A stretch of DNA of 64,000 nt from Lingula anatina (taxonomy: Eukaryota; Animalia; Brachiopoda). Shown here piece after piece: positions 32,343 to 45,798 of this stretch; position 1 is the first letter of the stretch; the number at the start of each line of letters is the position of its first letter. The notes under the pieces are model-generated. The model was not told the origin of the DNA. It saw nothing but the letters and a program-made list of their open reading frames with translations, and did no database searches. The stretch lies in the NCBI GenBank assembly GCA_051362555.1, contig CM120640.1:9982001-10046000 (forward strand). Direction: 5' to 3'. Both the position numbers and the translations under genes were made by a program.

Positions 32343-35300
32343 TGTTGAGAAAGAGAGAAATTATTCCCATCACCTAGCTCCCAATACAGACAAGAAACCA
32401 AAGTCTCTCTCCACTTGTCAGATTGACTTTTGGTCATACATGTAATATTACCATGACCATGTTATATTTATTGTGGCAAGCAATGCACTGTCTAGTTTAT
32501 CCATCATCATTATTATTGCCATTGAAATATTGATAGCAAATGGTATTCCAACATGTCCACAAGCTGCTTAAACTCCCATCATGTGTCCAGGCCATTGTGA
32601 CAGATGGGTCATTGTAGAACTGATCAATATATTATCAAGGTAGATCACAGTTCTCATTATACTTATGTTAATTGCAGTGGAAATGTTTAATGGTCTGTAA
32701 CCTTTCAAGTGTGCGTGGTGCTTTCGACTTTTTAACTTTGATGCCGTTTATCTTCTATCTCCAGTAGACTTCCCTGGGGGATAAGTATCAAAACAAATGG
32801 TAGCTTTTATAGGTGATTTCTGTCCATTAAGGTTAATGCTGATGTGGGTTGGTTAAATAGATTGTGAAATATATAGTATGTTTTCTCGAGCAATGTCAAC
32901 CAAGCAAATTGATTGATAATGTCATATGGAACATTAAATTTTACTTAGATCATTTACTTGGATCATTACAATTTACTTAAATTCATTTAAATGTTTCTGA
33001 AGAATTTCATTTTTATGTACAGACACAGATGTGTCTGTACATATTGCCATCACCTGCGTCTGTCGTCGCCGTCGCCGATGGCGATGCCGATGGCGATGGC
33101 GATGCCGGCGCCGTGCACTTTCCTTGTAAACACGATAAGTGGAGGGCAGTTTTACTTTTTGGCTTTATATTTACAGAGCTGATGAATATTCATAAAATGC
33201 AGGTCAAGTTCGAAAATCAGCATGATCGGGCCATTATTGTAGAAGTTATGCTGTTTTTTCACTTTTCAGCATATTTTTCACATTTCCTCAGATTCAATTC
33301 TTAGGCATGTTAACAGTCTCATTATTAAACTAATAAGATACGTAAAAGTTTTTGTTTGACATTTCCTGCATCTTTACAACATTGTTAGTTGATTTTGTAA
33401 AAATGATGGTAAACTTGTTATCGTGTATTGTGTAATTAAGTGTCAAAAATGGAAATAAACACATATCATTGCAGTTTGTCAGATTCAATCATCCACTATG
33501 TTCAGAATCTCATAATGGAAGAAATTGGACATTTAACACTGCTCTGTTGATATTTTTCCCATCTCATCAATTTTCTTAGTTGATCATATAAAAATGGCAG
33601 TAAACTGTTAATTTTGTTATATGTTAAAAATTGTTAAAAACTGAAAAAAAAACATTTCAGAACAGTGCTGTCTTGTTTACATTTTGGCATTTCAAGTTGT
33701 GACTTTGAAATTCCATGGGCCTGAAGACCTTTGCTAGTCACATTTTCTGAATATCCATGATACTAATATTTTATTATTAAAAATTGATGGTCATCATGCT
33801 GTTAAACATTATGTAATATTGCATCAAAATTTGAAAAAACCTATTTTGGGCACTGCTCCCATGATGACCATTTAAGAAAAACCATGTCACTTACTGTTCT
33901 CAAACAGTACAGTAAATATATATAGATGTGTCTGTACATATTGCCATCACCTGCGTCTGTTGTCCCCGTCATCGCCGTCGCTGGCGCCGTGCACTTTCAT
34001 TGTAAACACGATAAGTAGAAGGCAGTTTTACTTTTTATGTACAGACACAGATGTGTCTGTACATATTGCCATCACCTGCGTCTGTCGTCGCCGTCGCCGA
34101 TGCTGATACTGATGCCGATGCCGTCGCCGTGCACTTTCCTTGTAAACACGATAAGTGGAGGGCAGTTTTACTTTTTGGCTTTATATTTACAGAGCTGATG
34201 AATATTCATAAAACGCAGGTCAAGTTCGAAAATCAGCATGATCAGGCCATTGTTGTAGAAGTTATGCTGTTTTTTCACTTTTCAGCATATATGCAACACT
34301 GTAAACACATTTTAAGGAAAACCGTTAGGCCTGTCGTCATGAAACTCACAGGAGTAATCAATCATACTAAAACAGGTCAAGTTCGAAAAATCAGCATGAT
34401 CGGGCCATTTTTAGGGGAGTTATGCTTTTTTTTATGTACAGACACAGATGTGTCTGTACATATTGCCATCACCTGCGTCTGTCGTCGCCGATGCCGCCGC
34501 CGATGCCGATGCCGATGCCGATGCCGATGCCGATGCCGTCGCCGATGCCGTGCACTTTCCTTGTAAACACGATAAGTGGAGGACAGTTTTACTTTTTGGC
34601 TTTATATTTACAGAGCTGATGAATATTCATAAAACGCAGGTCAAGTTCGAAAATCAGCATGATCGGGCCATTATTGTAGAACTTATGCTGTTTTTTCACT
34701 TTTCAGCATATATGCAACCCTGTAAACACATTTTAAGGAACACCGTTAGGCCTGTTGTCATGAAACTCACAGGAGTAATCAATCTTACTAAAACGCAGGT
34801 CAAGTTCGAAAATCGGCATGATCGGGCCATTACTTTAGAAGTTATGCTGTTTTTTCACATTTCCTCAGATTCAATTCTTAGGCATGTTAACAGTCTTATT
34901 ATTTTACTAATAAGATACATAAAAGTGTTTGTTTGACATTTCCTGAATCTTTACAAAATTGTTAGTTGATTATGTAAAAATGATGGTAAACTTGTTATCG
35001 TGTATTGTGTAATAAAGTGTCAAAAATGGAAATAAACTCATATCATTGCAGTTTGTCAGATGCAATCATTCACTATGTTCAGAATCTCAGGATGGAGGAA
35101 ATTGGACATTTAACACTGTTGTATTGATATTTTTCCCATCTCATCAATTTTCTTAGTTGATCGTATAAAAATGGCAGTAACCTGTTAATTTTGTTTATGT
35201 TAAAAAAATTGTTAAAAATGGAAAAAAAACATTTCAGAACAGTGCTGTCTTGTTTACATTTTGGCATTTTCAAGTTGTGACTTTGAAGTTCCATGGGCCT

Positions 35301-38300
35301 GAAGACCTTTGCTAGTCACATTTTCTGAATATCCATGATACTAATATTTTATTATTAAAAATTGATGGTCATTAAGCTGTTTAACATTATGTAATATTGC
35401 ATCAAAATTTGAAAAAAACTTATTTTGGGCACTGCTCCCATGATGACCATTTAAGAAAAACCATGTCACTTACTGTTCTCAAACAGTACAGTAAATATGT
35501 ACAGATGTGTCTGTACATATTGCCATCACCTGCGTCTGTCGTGGCTGGCGTTGCCGTCACTGTCACTGTCACTGTCGCCGTCGCCGTGCACTTTCATTGT
35601 AAACGCGATAAGTGGAAGGCAGTTTTACTTTTTGGCTGTATATTTACAGAGCTGATGAATATCCATAAAACGCAGGTCAAGTCCGAAAATCAGCATGATC
35701 GGGCCATTATTGTAGAACTTATGCTGTTTTTTCACTTTTCAGCATATATGCAACACTGTAAACACATTTCAAGGAAAACTGTTAGGCCTGTTGTCATGAA
35801 ACTCATAGGAGTAATCAATCTTACTATAACGCAGGTCAAGTTAGAAAATAGGCATGATCGGGCCACTATTTTAGTTATGCTTTTTTTTTTCACTTTTCAG
35901 CATATATGCAACACTGTAAACACAAAATAAGAAAAACAGATAGGCCAATTGTCAGTAAACTCACAGGAGTGGTCATTCCTGCTAAAACGCAGGTTGAGTT
36001 TAAAAATCAGCTTAATTGGGCCATTATTTTGAAGAAATGCTGTTTTTTCACATTTCCTCAGATTTAATTCTTAGGCATGTTAACATGCATGTTTCATTAT
36101 TTAATTAGTAAGATAAGTAAAAGTGTTTGTTTGGCATTTCCTGCATCTTTACAACATATGTAAAAATGATGGTAAACTTGTTATCTTGTATTGTGTAATA
36201 AAGTTTCAAAAAATGGAAATAAACTCATATCATTGCAGTTTGTCAGATTCAATCATTGACATTCACTATGTTCAGAATCTCAGAATGGAAGAAATTGGAC
36301 ATTTAACACTGCTCTATTGATATTTTTCCCATCTCATCAATTTTTTTAGTTGATCATATAAAAACGGCACTAAACTGTTAATTTTGTTTTATGTTAAAAA
36401 TTGTTAAAAATGGAAAAAAAAAAATTCAGAACAGTGCTGTCTTGTTTACATTTTGGCATTTTCAAGTTGTGACTTTGAAGTTCCATGGGCCTGAAGACCT
36501 TTGCTAGTAACATTTTCTGAATATCCATAATACTCATCATTATGCTGTTAAACATTATGTAATATTGCATCAAAATTTGAAAAAAAAAAACTATTTTGGG
36601 CACTGCCCCCATGATGACCATTTAAGAAAAACCATGTCACTTACTGTTCTCAAACTTACAGGAAAGAAACATGGGACTAAAATACAGCTTCAGTAGGCAA
36701 TGCAGTCTGTTTGGTAATTCTTACTGCCAGTTAAACAGTTTTTTTGTGAAAATTTAATTTTTCACATATTGGCATTTTCAAGGTGTAACTTTGAAGTTCC
36801 ACGGGCTTGAAGACCCATGCTAGTCACATTTTCTGAAAATCCATGTATATTTTATTATTAAAAATTGACGGTCATTATGCTGTTAACCATTATGTAATAT
36901 TGCATCAGAATAGAAGAAAACACAATTTTGGGTGCTGCTTGAGCATAATTAAAATTTGATGTTGAATTTGCAGTTTAACATAATGTACTTTTGCATCAGA
37001 ATTGACAGTAGCCTATTTTGTGCATAGTTATTTCCTGTTTTTTGTCTGTACATTTGACAGCTTTGCTGCCTTGTTTCATTTTTCAGCATATATGCAACAC
37101 TGTAAACACAATATAAGAAAAACAGATAGGCCAATTGTCATTAAACTCACAGGAGTGGTCAATCTTACTAAAACGCAGGTTGAGTTCGAAAATCAGCATA
37201 ATTGGGCCATTATTTTAGAAGTTATGCTGTTTTTTCATATTTCCTCAGATTCAATTCTTAGGCATGTTAACAGTCTTATTATTTTACTAATAAGATACGT
37301 AAAAGTTTTTGTTTGACATTTCCTGCATCTTTACAACATTGTTAGTTGATTTTGTAAAAATGATGGTAAACTTGTTATCGTGTATTGTGTAATAAAGTGT
37401 CAAAAATGGAAATAAACACATATCATTGCAGTTTGTCAGATTCAATCATTCACTATGTACAGAATCTCAGAATGGAAGAAATTGGACATTTAACACTGCT
37501 CTATTAATATTTTTCCCATCTCATCAATTTTCTCAGTTGATCATATAAAAACGGTAGTAAACTGTTAATTTTGTTTTATGTTAGAAATTGTTAAAACTGG
37601 AAAAAAAAAACATTTCAGAACATTGCTGTCTTGTTTACATTTTGGCATTTTCAAGTTGTGACTTTGAAGTTCCATGGGCCTGAAGACCTTTGCTAGTCTT
37701 ATTTTCTGAATATCCATAATACTAATATTTTATTATTAAAATTGATGGTCATTATGCTGTTAAACATTATGTAATATTGCATCAAAATTTGAAAAAAAAA
37801 ACTATTTTGGGCATTGCTCCCATGATGACCATTTAAGAAAAACCATGTCACTTACTGTTCTCAAACTTACAGGCAAGAAACATGGGACTAAAATACAGCT
37901 TCAGTAGGCAATGCAGTCTGTTTGGTAATTCTTACTGCCAGTTAAACGTTTTTTTTTTTTTTTGTGAAAATTTAATTTTTCACATATTGGCATTTTCAAG
38001 GTGTGACTTTGAAGTTCCACGGGCTTGAAGACCCATGCTAGTCACATTTTCTGAAAATTCTTGATACGTATATTTTATTATTAAAAATTGACGGTCATTA
38101 TGCTGTTAACCATTATGTAATATGGCATCAGAATAGAAGAAAACACAATTTTGGGTGCTGCTGCCATGATGACCATTATGGGAAAACCATGTTACTTATG
38201 ATTGCCAAACTTTAAAAAAAGAAATACAGGACTAAAATGCAGCCTGAGTTGGAAAAGCAGTCTAATTGGCTTCTTTTTCTGGAAGTTATACATTTTCAAA

Positions 38301-41300
38301 GTGTGAACTTGTTACACATTTTACTTACATTGGTATTACCTGTTGAGCATAATTAAAATTTGATGTTGAATTTGCAGTTTAACATAATGTACTTTTGCAT
38401 CAGAATTGACAGTAGCCTATTTTGTGCATAGTTATTTCCTGTTTTTTGTCTGTACATTTGACAGCTTTGCTGCCTTGTTCATGTTACTTGGCAATGGACT
38501 AAAACCGAACATTTTATTGTAGTGATGACCAATTACAAATATTTGTATGTGGTCATGCATAGGGCCCACCAAACAATTTATTTTATTTTGTAATTTTATA
38601 ATTTTTCTTTGGTGTGTCCCAGGTCAACTGAGCATATTGTAGAATACAGCAATATATCATAACGTATTGTCTTTTCTTCTTGAGTCCCCATGTGGTATGG
38701 AAGATTTGAAGCTCAATACCTTCACACAATATGACAGATGGGTGAAATGGACAAATCAATTCTGGGAGAGCTGTTCTCTTAGCTGCTAATTCAATTGTCT
38801 AGTTAACTCCATATTGTGCTAGAATAACAGAAGAGGGTACTGATGGAGAAATACATCTTCCTTATTTGGAGAACAAGAACATGTTTAAAACTATAGAATG
38901 AAAGTGACAATTTTCACTTGTTATTGCCATCTAGTTTATTTGATTAAACACGTATATATCAGTTTGACTATAGAATTTACAATGCTCTATTTAACAAGTT
39001 CTCTAAACATAAAAAATATTGTGCATTGTTTGTCTAAAAATATGTTTCTAATGCAGCTCCTCCATTCATAAACTTTATATACCAGTTTGGTAGATTACAG
39101 GAAGGATGCAAGTACATATAGCATGCAGGGCCCTCCTTATCTGCCTCTCTATACACAATTTGTATGTGATATATATGATATCATAGGCTTAAAAAGAAAC
39201 ATTGTTGCTAATAAAACAATGTTACTATAGATGTCTGAATGGTTGCCGCATGGTGTCATTTAATTTTCATTTGTATTATAATATAACTTTAGGTTGTTAT
39301 CTAGCTTGGTGATTCCTGTTAAGTGTCTATAACTATTAAATGATAAGATAAGATAAGATAAGATAAGATATAAGAGTTTATTCAGCCATTAATATATAAA
39401 TATAAAATTCATATAAAACGGAAATTGGACTGCTATTCGGGTTACAAATTATAAATAAATAAATTATAAATTTCCATTTTTGTTGTTAAAATAAGACACA
39501 GCAGATGGGTAAAAACTCTTTAAAAATCTTTTAGATCCCTTAAAAGTTAAAAGCCTGCAGTTGCTCGGTAAAAATTTAAGAAGCCCATGTGCGGGGTGGG
39601 TATAGTCAGACATGATTTTCTCTGTTTTTGTTACTGATCTATTAGTATAGATGGCACCTAGAGAGGGGAGTTCCAGACCGATGATTTTGCCGCACGTTGA
39701 TGTGACCATATCTAGACGCTTGCATTCTTCTACAGTGGCCCGCCCATACCATACAAATGTTAATATACTTTCTGTAACACATTTGTAAAAGTTTGCTAAA
39801 ATCATTTCATTTGAAGTAAAATCCTTCAACTTTCTTAAAAAATATATACCCTTTGCCTCGCTTTTTTTAACTGTTTGTCTATGTGGTCCTTCCATGTAAG
39901 TGAGTTATTGAATTCTACCCCCAGCAGTCTAAAATTGGCTACTTGCTTTACTGCAGTGCCACTGATATGAATGGGTTCTTTCACATTTCTATTCTTTCTG
40001 AAGTCAACAATCACTTCCTTAGTCTTCCCTACATTCAGTGTATGAAATTCAAGGAAAGTACTAGCCAGACCGCCGGGCAGGTAACTCTGAAAAGTTACCA
40101 GCCCGGCCATGTAGTTACCTGCCCTAGTTATGATAACCCCTAGAGTTAAGAGAGGTATGCTGAGGGGGTCTAGAATGCATTCTTGTGAGAGTAATTTGGA
40201 AATGAAAGGGCAATACCATGCCTAATGCATGGAAATTTAGAAATTGGTTGAAATTTCTACTGAATGATACCTTGTCAGTGTTGGATTTAGAGGGGGGTCA
40301 GGGGGGTCCTGACGCCCCCCTTTTAATTTCTGTAAAAAAACCTCACCTCTTGAAATAAGACTTTCACTAGTTGAATCATAGTTCTAAACCATACCAAATG
40401 GCACCATTCACCATCTAAAATACCAAAAATTTTCAGGGCCCTTTAGTGGGCGGGGGAGGGCGGGGTAGTCAATTCAGTTTATGTTCACCTTGCAGGCTGT
40501 CTCATTTCTTGTTCAATAATTTATTCATAACTTTTATTCCGATTTCGTGATATCATTTGATCATAATTTTTGCTTTTCTGTATAGCAACAAGTATGACCA
40601 AATATAGATTCAGATTCAGATTCTTTATTGACAATCACCTTCACATAAAGGTACAATCAATAACAATACTAGTAACTATAACATAGAACAGACAAATAAA
40701 TAGATAAATAAATATATATATAGATTAGCATAATATATATATATTGTTATCAAATAAATCGATCTCTGTGCTTACAATAAAGAAGAAAGAATTCAGCACA
40801 TAGGGTCCCTTTGAATATCGCTTTTAAGCTTTAAAAAGCGGTTGGGAACGGTCCTGCACGCTAATGGCCCATAGACAGTCCTGCAGGGCCCCGTATCTCG
40901 AAAACATTGCTTATTGAGAATAGCTATATATATATATATATCACATAGAGGCTACAATATATTATATGGGGCGAGTATGGGCGAGTTATTGGATCGAGAT
41001 GCTTTTGCTCGGTCGCAATGCATGATACTTTCGAGTTACGGTTTTTGCAAAAAATGTTGCCACTCGACTAATTGCAAATCGAAGTCACCTTTCCATGGGT
41101 CCCAATTTGTTCTCTTTCGTTTGGTTGTGTCGTAATCTTTGTTATTTTTATTTCTTTCCTCAATTGTTTTTCTTTTGTGAACTTCTCTATCGGACTTGAT
41201 AGAATTTTTTCATTTTTGACAGCCCAAGATGAAAGCACGTGGGAAAAGAACTACATCTAACACACGGCGTAAACTCGTACGTTCACTCATAATTTTGGGA

Positions 41301-44300
41301 TTCAAATTTTTGGAAAATTCTCCTTTAATTTGCCTCTGTTGCCTTTATTACTGTTGATTATAAGCACTTCATGTACCTATAAGTCTATTTAATCAATATC
41401 ATAACTTTTTATACTTTCACATTTTTATTACTCTCAACCTACAAATTGCTACTCGCAGTATCTCCTCTACACAAAACAATGACATAACGTTATCTGCTGT
41501 GCACTGAAGCTGGTTAAGAACAATGCGCCTCGTTTCAAATTGTCTTTCAACTTCATATCACACAGACGGAACTTCGAAAACGAGGCCACTGAAAGGGAGA
41601 CTGTTGGTTACATTCGATACGAGCGTTCGATTGCAAGCTATGGTTAGTTCTTTGCTTCTATGAAAGTGGGTGAAAACAGTGAGTTTATTTGACATTTTGC
41701 TGAAATCGCTTGCGAACATAGTCAAAATAAAAAGGTGAAAATAGGCTGTAAAAATAGCCAGCCCGTTGGGCGGGTAATTTGCAAATCTTACCCGCCCGGC
41801 CTGCAAGTTACCAGCCTCGGGCTGGCGGGCAGGCGGCCATTTCATACACTGCTACATTCAGTAACAAATCATTGTCTTTACACCATTGTACAACTGAGTT
41901 GACATCGCTTCTATACCAGGTCTCATCATTATCACTTATTAAGCCAATTAAAGTGGTGTCGTCTGCAAACTTCACGATGCAATTACTCTCATGAGATGAA
42001 ACACAATCATACGTGAACAAGCTGTACAGACATGGTGACAGAACACAACCCTGAGGCGCACCTGTATTTAAAACCACAATATCAGAAGTACTTGTACACA
42101 CTTTCACAGCTTGTCTCCTGTCTAATAAAAAATCTAAAACCCAACTGCATAAAAATGAAGGAAATTTCAGTTCGTTTAAAAGCTTAGCATAAAGTTTTTG
42201 TGGAATAATGGTATTAAAAGCCGAGCTGTAGTCTATAAATAAGATCCTTGCTTATGTGTTTTTCTTATCCGCGTGTTCTAAAATGCTGTGTATGCACATA
42301 CTAAGAGCGTCATCTACGCTTGTATTGCGTCTATATGCAAACTGAAAGGGATCAAGTGTCTCTGGTACAATGGTTTTAATATACGACAGAACAAGTTTCT
42401 CTAGAATTTTCATTGGAACTGGGGTCAACGCAACCGGACGGAGATCGTTTAGGCAAGGAACTGTTTTGGACTTCGGCACAGGAATGATAGTAGCTGTCTT
42501 CCATGCCCGCGGAACTCATTGGGAAAGCAGCGATAGATTGTAAATATCCGTGAATACATGTGCCAGTTGTGGTGCACATGTCTTTAGAAGCCTTGGCGAA
42601 ATACCATCTGGTCCAGATGACTTGTGTGCGTCGAGGCCCATAAAATAACACTGAACCTGCCATTTCTGAACAGAAAAGGGCGGCGGGTCATGTGGATGTG
42701 CATTTAGTGGAGCCGATCTTAAGTCCGAGTTGTTGGCAATGTCAAACCTAGCGTAAAATTCATTCAGCTTGTCGGGAAGTGCTATGTCGTCGTCACTCAG
42801 TACGTGTTTTGGACCTTTGTACTTAGTGAGTGATGACATGTTTGACCATAGCTGTCTTACGTTATTGGTCTCAAACTTTTCTTCGAATTTCTTTTTAATG
42901 TCTCTCTTGGCGTTCTTGATGGCCCATCGCAGGGTTGCTTTTAACTTTCGATAGTTTTCAGGGTGTTGTTCTTTGTTACGGTAGGCTACATCTTTTTCCT
43001 TAATGAGCTTGCGGATCTTGTTGTTGCACCAGAGCTTGTTGTTAGTAAACTGCTTCACTTGCTTTCTCGGGACACACATTTCCTCACAGAATTGGATGTA
43101 ACCAGTAACGGCATCAGTGTAGTTGTTAACGTCCTCAGTATCTCTGAATACCTCCCACTCGGTGGCCTCGAGGCAATCATGGAGGTTATCTATGGCTGCT
43201 CGGTTGAAAACTTTTACTGTTTTTATGGTGGGCTTGTTTTCCTTGAATTGTTGCTTGTATGTTGGAATTAGCAAGATAATGCAGTGGTCAGAGTTTCCTA
43301 AAGAGGATCGTTTGACTGGTTGGTACGCCCCTTTAATAGGACAATAGCAGTAATTAAGCTCCACAGGAAATAAAATATATTATGTACATCTCACTGCATG
43401 ATTGACACATTTTTTCTGACTTTGTTTTGATAAATGTGATAGCTATAAATCTTTTAGTTATTATGCTCTCTCAGAATTAATCTTTTTAATGGTGTGAATA
43501 TGTCAATCAATACTAATACATTGTGTGGAAAACTCAAAAGCCCATTTTTTTCATATGGCAAAATTTCTCTTAATCAGAATTTTTAATTTATATATAAATT
43601 TTTAATTTATATATAGTATATCAGTTGATACAAGTTCACCCGACATGTCATATGACCATTTGCATATCAACTAGGCAAAATTACAATGTTATGGTTTAAA
43701 AAATATTCCAATGCAAGTATCAACACATTTTTATAAAATTTAGCATTTTATTTTATTGAATTCAGGTAATACACTACATGCACATCTGACTACTGAGCAT
43801 ACAGTTTCCATCAATTTTTAGCTGATCTCTAACCTTACTATTGGATTTTCACGACAGATATTGCAGAAATTATCCCTAGAATGATCCTAATTTCATGATG
43901 TTGAAGTAGTTATCTAGCATGTGTGAGGGAAAGCCTTGGACTTTTGATTAATATGGCTGGGGGTTTATGGGATATCGCTATTTTTTATGGGGGTGAAATG
44001 TGAAAGATGGTTATGTGGCATTTGATTTTTCCCATATCATTATATACAGGAAAGAATCCAAATCATGATAATACAGGAAGGAATTGGATGAATTATTCAT
44101 TGTAATGTAAAAATTTAATTTACTAGTGTGGGAAGTGAACTTGTACATGAACATGCATATTGAAAGTACAGGATATACAGTAAGCTTCAGGACCTGAGCT
44201 GTGCTAATAAGAAGTAAATGTCAGAATTTATGATGTTTTAATTCAGTTACTTAGATTTGTTGCTTCTGTTTAAAATGTTTGTTTTTCGGGTTAAGGCAGG

Positions 44301-45313
44301 CAATGCCATATCTGTTCAAAATATTTGTGTGATTATGATTCTCGGAATCATTAATGCATTATTCACATCATGTATACAGTGTGATTCTCATGCTAAAGCT
44401 TCACACGCTACCACAATTTTTTGATTTCCAATTAGCTGGATACACTTTGAGCACCCGATAGGTATTAGACAAATAATCAGACATGCAAACATAATAAAGA
44501 TACAGCAGAAACCATGATTAATATCATGTGCATGTCAATTTGACTCAAATTATGGGCAAAAAATGATTAAAGAATGGAACTTTCTGATGGGAAATTGATG
44601 TTTTGACAGAAGTTTATATGTAAGGAAAACCTGGATGGTAGCAGAAATAGCAACTGTGTTAGCTTTGTAGTGTGATCTTCCATTATATCCACTGCATTTT
44701 ATTGATTTCTTGCTTAGCTGTGCGCTTCAGCTAAAGTGTCTTGATAAATTCATGTAGGTGAAGTCTACAGTGTAGGCCTGACACAAAATTTTTCATTCTG
44801 TGGCCAACTGTTGTACTTCTCCTTTAGAATTTGTCATTTTATGTAGAATAAAGCAAATATGAAAGTATTAAAATGTTAATGCATATGTTATTAATTTTAT
44901 TTTCAGTGTGCCATTGTTTCACTTTGGATTTGAAGAACAGTACATACCAAGTCCGGCCAAATACTGATGTTTCATTTGTCTGTGAAGCCAAAGATATCAG
45001 ATTTACCGACAGAGTACAATGGGTGAAAAAAGTAAGAACATAATAGCAAGTATCAATGTACAAGAATTGGTGACAGTCTTTTTAATTTATCTTTGAACCA
45101 TATCTGGCTATCTAAGATAAATGAATTAAAATTTTGGGAGAAAAATAACAATTGATATGATATCAATTGAACAAGAATAATGCTTTCGTCATTTATTGCA
45201 TAAAAATTAATCCAAAGATAATATGATTGTGTGGTAATTTTTGGGTCACTCCTAAGGCTTTCCCCAGAGATTGCTCCAGTCACCATGTGGATGGCCATTA
45301 GCCTAAAAAGACA

Positions 45314-45390
<77 letters not shown>

Positions 45391-45765
45391 ACTTGGTTTG
45401 GTTGGTTGGGCTTGCCTGGAATGGTCTCCCTGTAAATCAGTGATCTAATTCTGTACCCCAAATTCTGAGGAAACCCCTGGTGTCACTCCAATGTGAAAAG
45501 TTATTCATTAATTTTCACATACAAGTTGTTTGTAAAGTGTAAGAAAATCTAATTATTGCTTACTTATTATCTTGAGATCTAGACTTCATTATCTAAAGAT
45601 ATCTACTATATACTGGGATCTCCACTCATTATTTACATTTCTTGGCTGACAGAAGTGATTACCACCATAGAATTCTCTTTTGTAAATATAACATAAAGTT
45701 ACAGGTCTAAAATGAAGGCAAAAATAGCTACATATTTTCTAATTATCAACGCCCTAACCATTGGA

Positions 45766-45798
<33 letters not shown>

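Noticed and set aside
33011-38479. Regularly recurring AAAACGCAGGTCAAGTTCGAAAATCAGCATGATCGGGCC motif, superficially CRISPR-like or tRNA B-box-like
   Set aside because: The intervening sequences are homologous to each other rather than unique spacers, there are no cas genes, and no cloverleaf forms around GTTCGAA.
42769-43347. Plus-strand ORFs within the LINE
   Set aside because: Antisense shadows of the pol frame.
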